Below, piece after piece: positions 60,556 to 64,000 of a DNA stretch of 64,000 bases. The stretch's first letter is position 1; each line of letters begins with the position of its first letter. Under the pieces are notes generated by a model. The model was not told where the DNA came from, made no database searches, and saw nothing but the letters and a program-made list of their open reading frames with translations. The DNA is from Puteibacter caeruleilacunae (lineage in GTDB: Bacteria > Bacteroidota > Bacteroidia > Bacteroidales > Prolixibacteraceae). The position numbers and the translations under genes were made by a program. The stretch lies in contig SJCO01000011.1 in assembly GCA_005217565.1 (NCBI GenBank), positions 41,070-105,069 on the forward strand, read 5' to 3'.

Positions 60556-61695
60556 TCATTGAGTTATACACTTTATCCCCCAATTATTTAATTCCGCATA
60601 CAACCATTCAACTTCTTCCAATGAATATGTTTTACTAATTCTTTGAAGTAAAAAATTCACGTTGTCGGTCCGTTCTTTTTTAGCATTTATTACTATACTA
60701 AAAAGCTCATTGCCGATAGTAGGCCCATTATTTTCAATCATTGCCTTATTTATTTTATTAGCTTGAGTTAAATCTCCAACTAATAAATAACCATAAATCA
60801 AATCTAACCTAGTCTCGGTATCAGGACATATTTCATATGCTTTAATAAACGCTTCCAATGCCTCCTCTGAATTACCAAGTTTAGCCTCTGTGACACCAAT
60901 GCGACAAAATACTTCTGAATAACGTCTGTTTTCATCAATTGCTTTTTGGTAATAGTTTTTTGCACTTAAATATCGTTCATAATAAAATTCCACGTCTCCA
61001 AGCCCCATATATGCCAGACAGTTATCTTCAATCTCAAGAGATCTCTCGAAAGCTTCTTTAGCTAAGTCAATATTACCAGAGTCAATATGTAACTGACCTT
61101 TTCGAAAATAAACATCTGCCATTTCCTTTACTTCCAGAATACTATCAAGTATTTCCATGGCAGCAGTGTATTCTTTTTGATTTACTAGATGATTACACAA
61201 CTCAACCTGAGCATCAACAAACTTATCATCCAAATCTAAAGCTTCATTTAGATATTTAAACGCTGAAGAATAATCTATATCCTTAAACAAGAGAAACAGC
61301 TCCAAGCGAACCCATTTGTTTGAGTCATTTGAGTCATTTCTCAAACTGCTTATTAGATATTTTTCTCCAACTTCTACATCTTCATTGTCTATAGCAATTG
61401 CTCCTAAACACCAATTAATATAGGTAGACTCATGCAAATCTGGATATTGTTTAATTTTACTCTTTAGTAAAGCGATAGCTTTTTCATCTTCATTCCGTTG
61501 AAGATAAGTAATCCCAAGCAAACTGATTAGAAAGTCATTGCATTCGTATTGCTTCAATAAAGTCTCCAGTTCTGATAATTCAAGTTCGCCATAAGTAAAC
61601 TTACGATCCCAATCTTTTATCAGTTGCTGGTCCATTAGATCGACTATTTTATCTTCACGACTATTTGATCCCAATAATTTTCCGAACAACCTCAT
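60556..61695 (-). CDS. Tetratricopeptide-repeat protein (cytoplasmic)
   Basis: Multiple TPR-like repeats and no signal peptide, 379 aa. Confidence 0.55.
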   Translation of the reverse strand: MRLFGKLLGSNSREDKIVDLMDQQLIKDWDRKFTYGELELSELETLLKQYECNDFLISLLGITYLQRNEDEKAIALLKSKIKQYPDLHESTYINWCLGAIAIDNEDVEVGEKYLISSLRNDSNDSNKWVRLELFLLFKDIDYSSAFKYLNEALDLDDKFVDAQVELCNHLVNQKEYTAAMEILDSILEVKEMADVYFRKGQLHIDSGNIDLAKEAFERSLEIEDNCLAYMGLGDVEFYYERYLSAKNYYQKAIDENRRYSEVFCRIGVTEAKLGNSEEALEAFIKAYEICPDTETRLDLIYGYLLVGDLTQANKINKAMIENNGPTIGNELFSIVINAKKERTDNVNFLLQRISKTYSLEEVEWLYAELNNWGIKCITQ

Positions 61696-61701
61696 AACAC
61701 A

Positions 61702-62046
61702 CTAATTATCAAGTTTTATATCTCCCCATTCCAATCGAAACATTATATTTTCAGCCAATATATTTGTTTCTTTAATATACTCCGACACGATATGTTTCAC
61801 CTTATCTCCATCACTAAAAGATGAGTGACAACCTCCTCTAATATGCTTATAATCAATCTCAGGAAAGCTTTCAATTTTCTCGCGAATACCCCTGTCCTTG
61901 CAATTATCTCGTAAGGTATTCTTAATTGAATCTACATACTTGGCATAATTGGGTAGATCTCCAATATAGTTTTCACTAGCCAGTAGACTATTACCATAAT
62001 CAATTAGACGCGACAGTGATTTTATCAATAATTCCTCATTTTTCAT
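61702..62046 (-). CDS. Hypothetical protein (114 aa)
   Basis: ORF only. It is tightly spaced (6 nt) with the downstream TPR gene. Confidence 0.35.
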   Translation of the reverse strand: MKNEELLIKSLSRLIDYGNSLLASENYIGDLPNYAKYVDSIKNTLRDNCKDRGIREKIESFPEIDYKHIRGGCHSSFSDGDKVKHIVSEYIKETNILAENIMFRLEWGDIKLDN

Positions 62047-62070
62047 ATTAGTATTGTTTACTCGAGTCTT

Positions 62071-62616
62071 CTACATTGCCCAGGCTGGGATCACAGTTTT
62101 GCAAAACCATTCATTCTTTTTCTTTTCATAGATCAGGAATGCTCCTCCTGCAGCACCTCGTCCGGAATCAAAAGCATAATAAAGAAAAGCCTGATCCCTC
62201 TTTACATTAAAGCCAATATTGGACAATTCAATAAGTAATCCATTCCAATTGGGAAAAGCTTCTGCGATATTTTTACGGTTTTTACCTTGTTCTTTACTAA
62301 CCAATATCGCCTCAAATTCGGGAAACTCAACATCATCGGCATTTAAACAATCGCTACTCTTGCGAGTAAAATCTATGAATGTCTCCTTCTTGAGCTTTCC
62401 ATATTGCTTTTTGAATTTTAAATAATCATCAACCGACAGCTCTCCCATCGTTAGTGTATTTTCAACAATAATCAACTCTGAAGTCATCGGCACTGTCGAA
62501 TGCAAATTCTTCAACACATAATCCTGTATAATTTTATTATAGATCTCATTCTCACTTTGGCAATGCCCGCTAATGCTTAAAACCAGAGCAAAAACCATCA
62601 ACAGTATTCCTTTCAT
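62071..62616 (-). CDS. Hypothetical secreted protein
   Basis: Signal peptide MKGILLMVFALVLSISGHC when started at Met 62616. The ORF extends to 62664. Confidence 0.4.
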   Translation of the reverse strand: MKGILLMVFALVLSISGHCQSENEIYNKIIQDYVLKNLHSTVPMTSELIIVENTLTMGELSVDDYLKFKKQYGKLKKETFIDFTRKSSDCLNADDVEFPEFEAILVSKEQGKNRKNIAEAFPNWNGLLIELSNIGFNVKRDQAFLYYAFDSGRGAAGGAFLIYEKKKNEWFCKTVIPAWAM

Positions 62617-63090
62617 CTGTTTAATTTTTTTTGATTTCTGAATGTATTCATATTTTGTGAACATTCAGGAACTCACATAAATTTTAATCTTCCGCATGTG
62701 TGTATTTTCGGATGATGAAAATTCATGTTCGTTTCATCATATTAAAAGATCTTTGGATTATTAGATTTTAAGATTCTCTATTTTAGTCTCCAGTATTCAA
62801 AGAATCAATCCTTATTCCTTGCTTACAATTTGAAGATACAATTGTCATATCATAAAGATATAAATCTATTTTACAATAACCATTATATCAGTACGAAAAG
62901 CATCCGCTAAAATCTTGAGATTAACCGATATTCCCAGAAGGAATCAGTCCCCATTATTACATCATGACATAAATCTGGTATTATCACCATAAATAAAGGT
63001 CTACAGACAAAAGATTATCTTATTTTTGAGCGGAATTTTAATCAATAGATTTCAATAATAACCAATCACTCTCAAAAATTAACAATTAAA

Positions 63091-64000
63091 ATGAAACTAT
63101 TATCCTTCATTAGTGCATTAATTATGCAGGCCGTTTTAAATGGCTGCTGTATTAAATTTACAAGCGAAGACGCAAAGCAATTTGTCAACTCCAGGGTATT
63201 ACCCAAGGTAAAATCAGTTGAAACCAATGGCGAATGCGGTTTTAAACTTAGTAAAATAAAGTCTGTAAGCTGCGACAGTTCTCTAATTGCCCAAGCAGAG
63301 ATAGCTATAGACAAACTTTCTGCTATCACAGGAAACGATATTGAAATAGCTAAAAATGGGAAGCTTGAGTTATCCATTAACAAGCAGTTAGCAACAGAGC
63401 AGTATAAGTTAACCATCGACAATAAAAAAGTGAATATTCAGGGAGGAAGCCCTGCCGGAGTTTTTTATGGTATTCAAACGCTACTTCAGCTATTGCCAAC
63501 TGATGTATACGGAGAAGGAACAGTAGCATCCGATTACGCTCTACCTCCTGTTATTGTTGATGACAGTCCTAGATTTGATTACCGAGGTATGATGATTGAT
63601 GTTAGTAGACATTTCATTCAATTTGATGATTTGCTGCAATATGTTGAGCTATTGGGGCAGCATAAAGTAAACACGCTACATCTACACCTATGTGATGATC
63701 AAGGTTGGAGATTAGAAATAAAAGCCTACCCTGAATTAACAAAGATTGGTTCTATCAGAGGAACAAATGAGGTAATCAAACCATTCAGACATAGTAAAGC
63801 TCCTGAATGGCAAAAGCATGATCCAGATCCATACGGACCATTCTTCTATACTCAGGAGCAGATAAAACAACTAATCAAATTTGCCTCTGTACGAGGAATA
63901 ACTATTGTACCTGAAATTGACGTACCTGGTCACTCTCTTGCAATTAATAGAGTCTTGCACACTGGTTGCAGAGTAAAAGGGTCAAAAGGGGTGCATGGAT
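63091..64000 (+). CDS. Second GH20 beta-N-acetylhexosaminidase (5' part only; it continues past the window edge)
   Basis: My own translation gives MKLLSFISALIMQAVLNGCC…RGMMIDVSRHF…HLHLCDDQGWRLEIK…VPEIDVPGH, which are GH20 catalytic motifs. The ORF track misses it because it has no in-window stop. The minus-strand ORF 63072..63422 is spurious. Confidence 0.8.
   Translation, partial: MKLLSFISALIMQAVLNGCCIKFTSEDAKQFVNSRVLPKVKSVETNGECGFKLSKIKSVSCDSSLIAQAEIAIDKLSAITGNDIEIAKNGKLELSINKQLATEQYKLTIDNKKVNIQGGSPAGVFYGIQTLLQLLPTDVYGEGTVASDYALPPVIVDDSPRFDYRGMMIDVSRHFIQFDDLLQYVELLGQHKVNTLHLHLCDDQGWRLEIKAYPELTKIGSIRGTNEVIKPFRHSKAPEWQKHDPDPYGPFFYTQEQIKQLIKFASVRGITIVPEIDVPGHSLAINRVLHTGCRVKGSKGVHG

Noticed and set aside
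63072-63422. 116-aa minus-strand ORF at the right edge
   Set aside because: It overlaps, antisense, the 5' end of a clearly recognisable GH20 gene on the plus strand, which has stronger motif support.
1-64000. CRISPR arrays, integrases, transposases, restriction-modification or toxin-antitoxin cassettes
   Set aside because: I scanned for regularly spaced direct repeats and for characteristic motifs of these gene classes in all large ORFs and found none. The only regular repeats are the in-CDS His-rich codon repeat and the short operator-like repeats listed in the findings.

Overview
This 64 kb window is chromosomal DNA from a Bacteroidetes bacterium. Three things point that way: a complete Bacteroides-type V-ATPase operon, SusC/SusD with an HTCS regulator, and a TAnnTTTG -7 promoter box.

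Gene content, left to right:
- A truncated FKBP-like lipoprotein gene at the left edge (1..377, - strand).
- A cytoplasmic multi-PAS sensor histidine kinase.
- A selenium-utilisation cluster: selU/mnmH, yedF, a class-V PLP enzyme, a small CxxC ORF, and a Cys-type selD. There is no selA/selB/selC.
- A histidine-rich secreted protein followed by a heavy-metal RND efflux operon (MFP with His-rich tandem repeats, CzcA/CusA-type pump, TolC-type OMF).
- recF with its DUF721 partner, a TPR protein, ribH, tRNA-Leu(CAG), and a beta-propeller lipoprotein.
- A seven-gene V-type ATPase operon (A-B-E-DUF2764-D-I-K) preceded by a TetR regulator.
- A WYL-domain regulator next to a cluster of tRNA-derived fragments, then an atypical SPFH protein.
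- A GH92 gene.
- A three-gene module: cytoplasmic ferredoxin, ferric-reductase-like dihaem membrane protein, and TAT-exported FAD flavoprotein.
- A CotH / DUF2490 / DUF4956 / VTC four-gene cluster with an adjacent LytS/LytTR two-component pair.
- A polysaccharide-utilisation locus: sulfatase, hybrid two-component regulator (HTCS), GH2, GH20, SusD, SusC, and a second GH20 cut by the right edge.
- Three hypothetical genes (TPR, small cytoplasmic, small secreted).

I found no CRISPR array, integrase, transposase or recognisable defense cassette.

The items I consider most worth a second look:
- The ferredoxin / ferric-reductase-like membrane protein / periplasmic flavoprotein trio, which looks like a possible trans-membrane electron conduit.
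- The CotH/VTC/DUF4956/DUF2490 envelope-spanning cluster.
- The Cys-type selenium cluster with accessory genes.
- The tRNA-fragment cluster beside the WYL regulator.
- Two pairs of repeated non-coding elements.
- A direct-repeat operator-like array upstream of susC.
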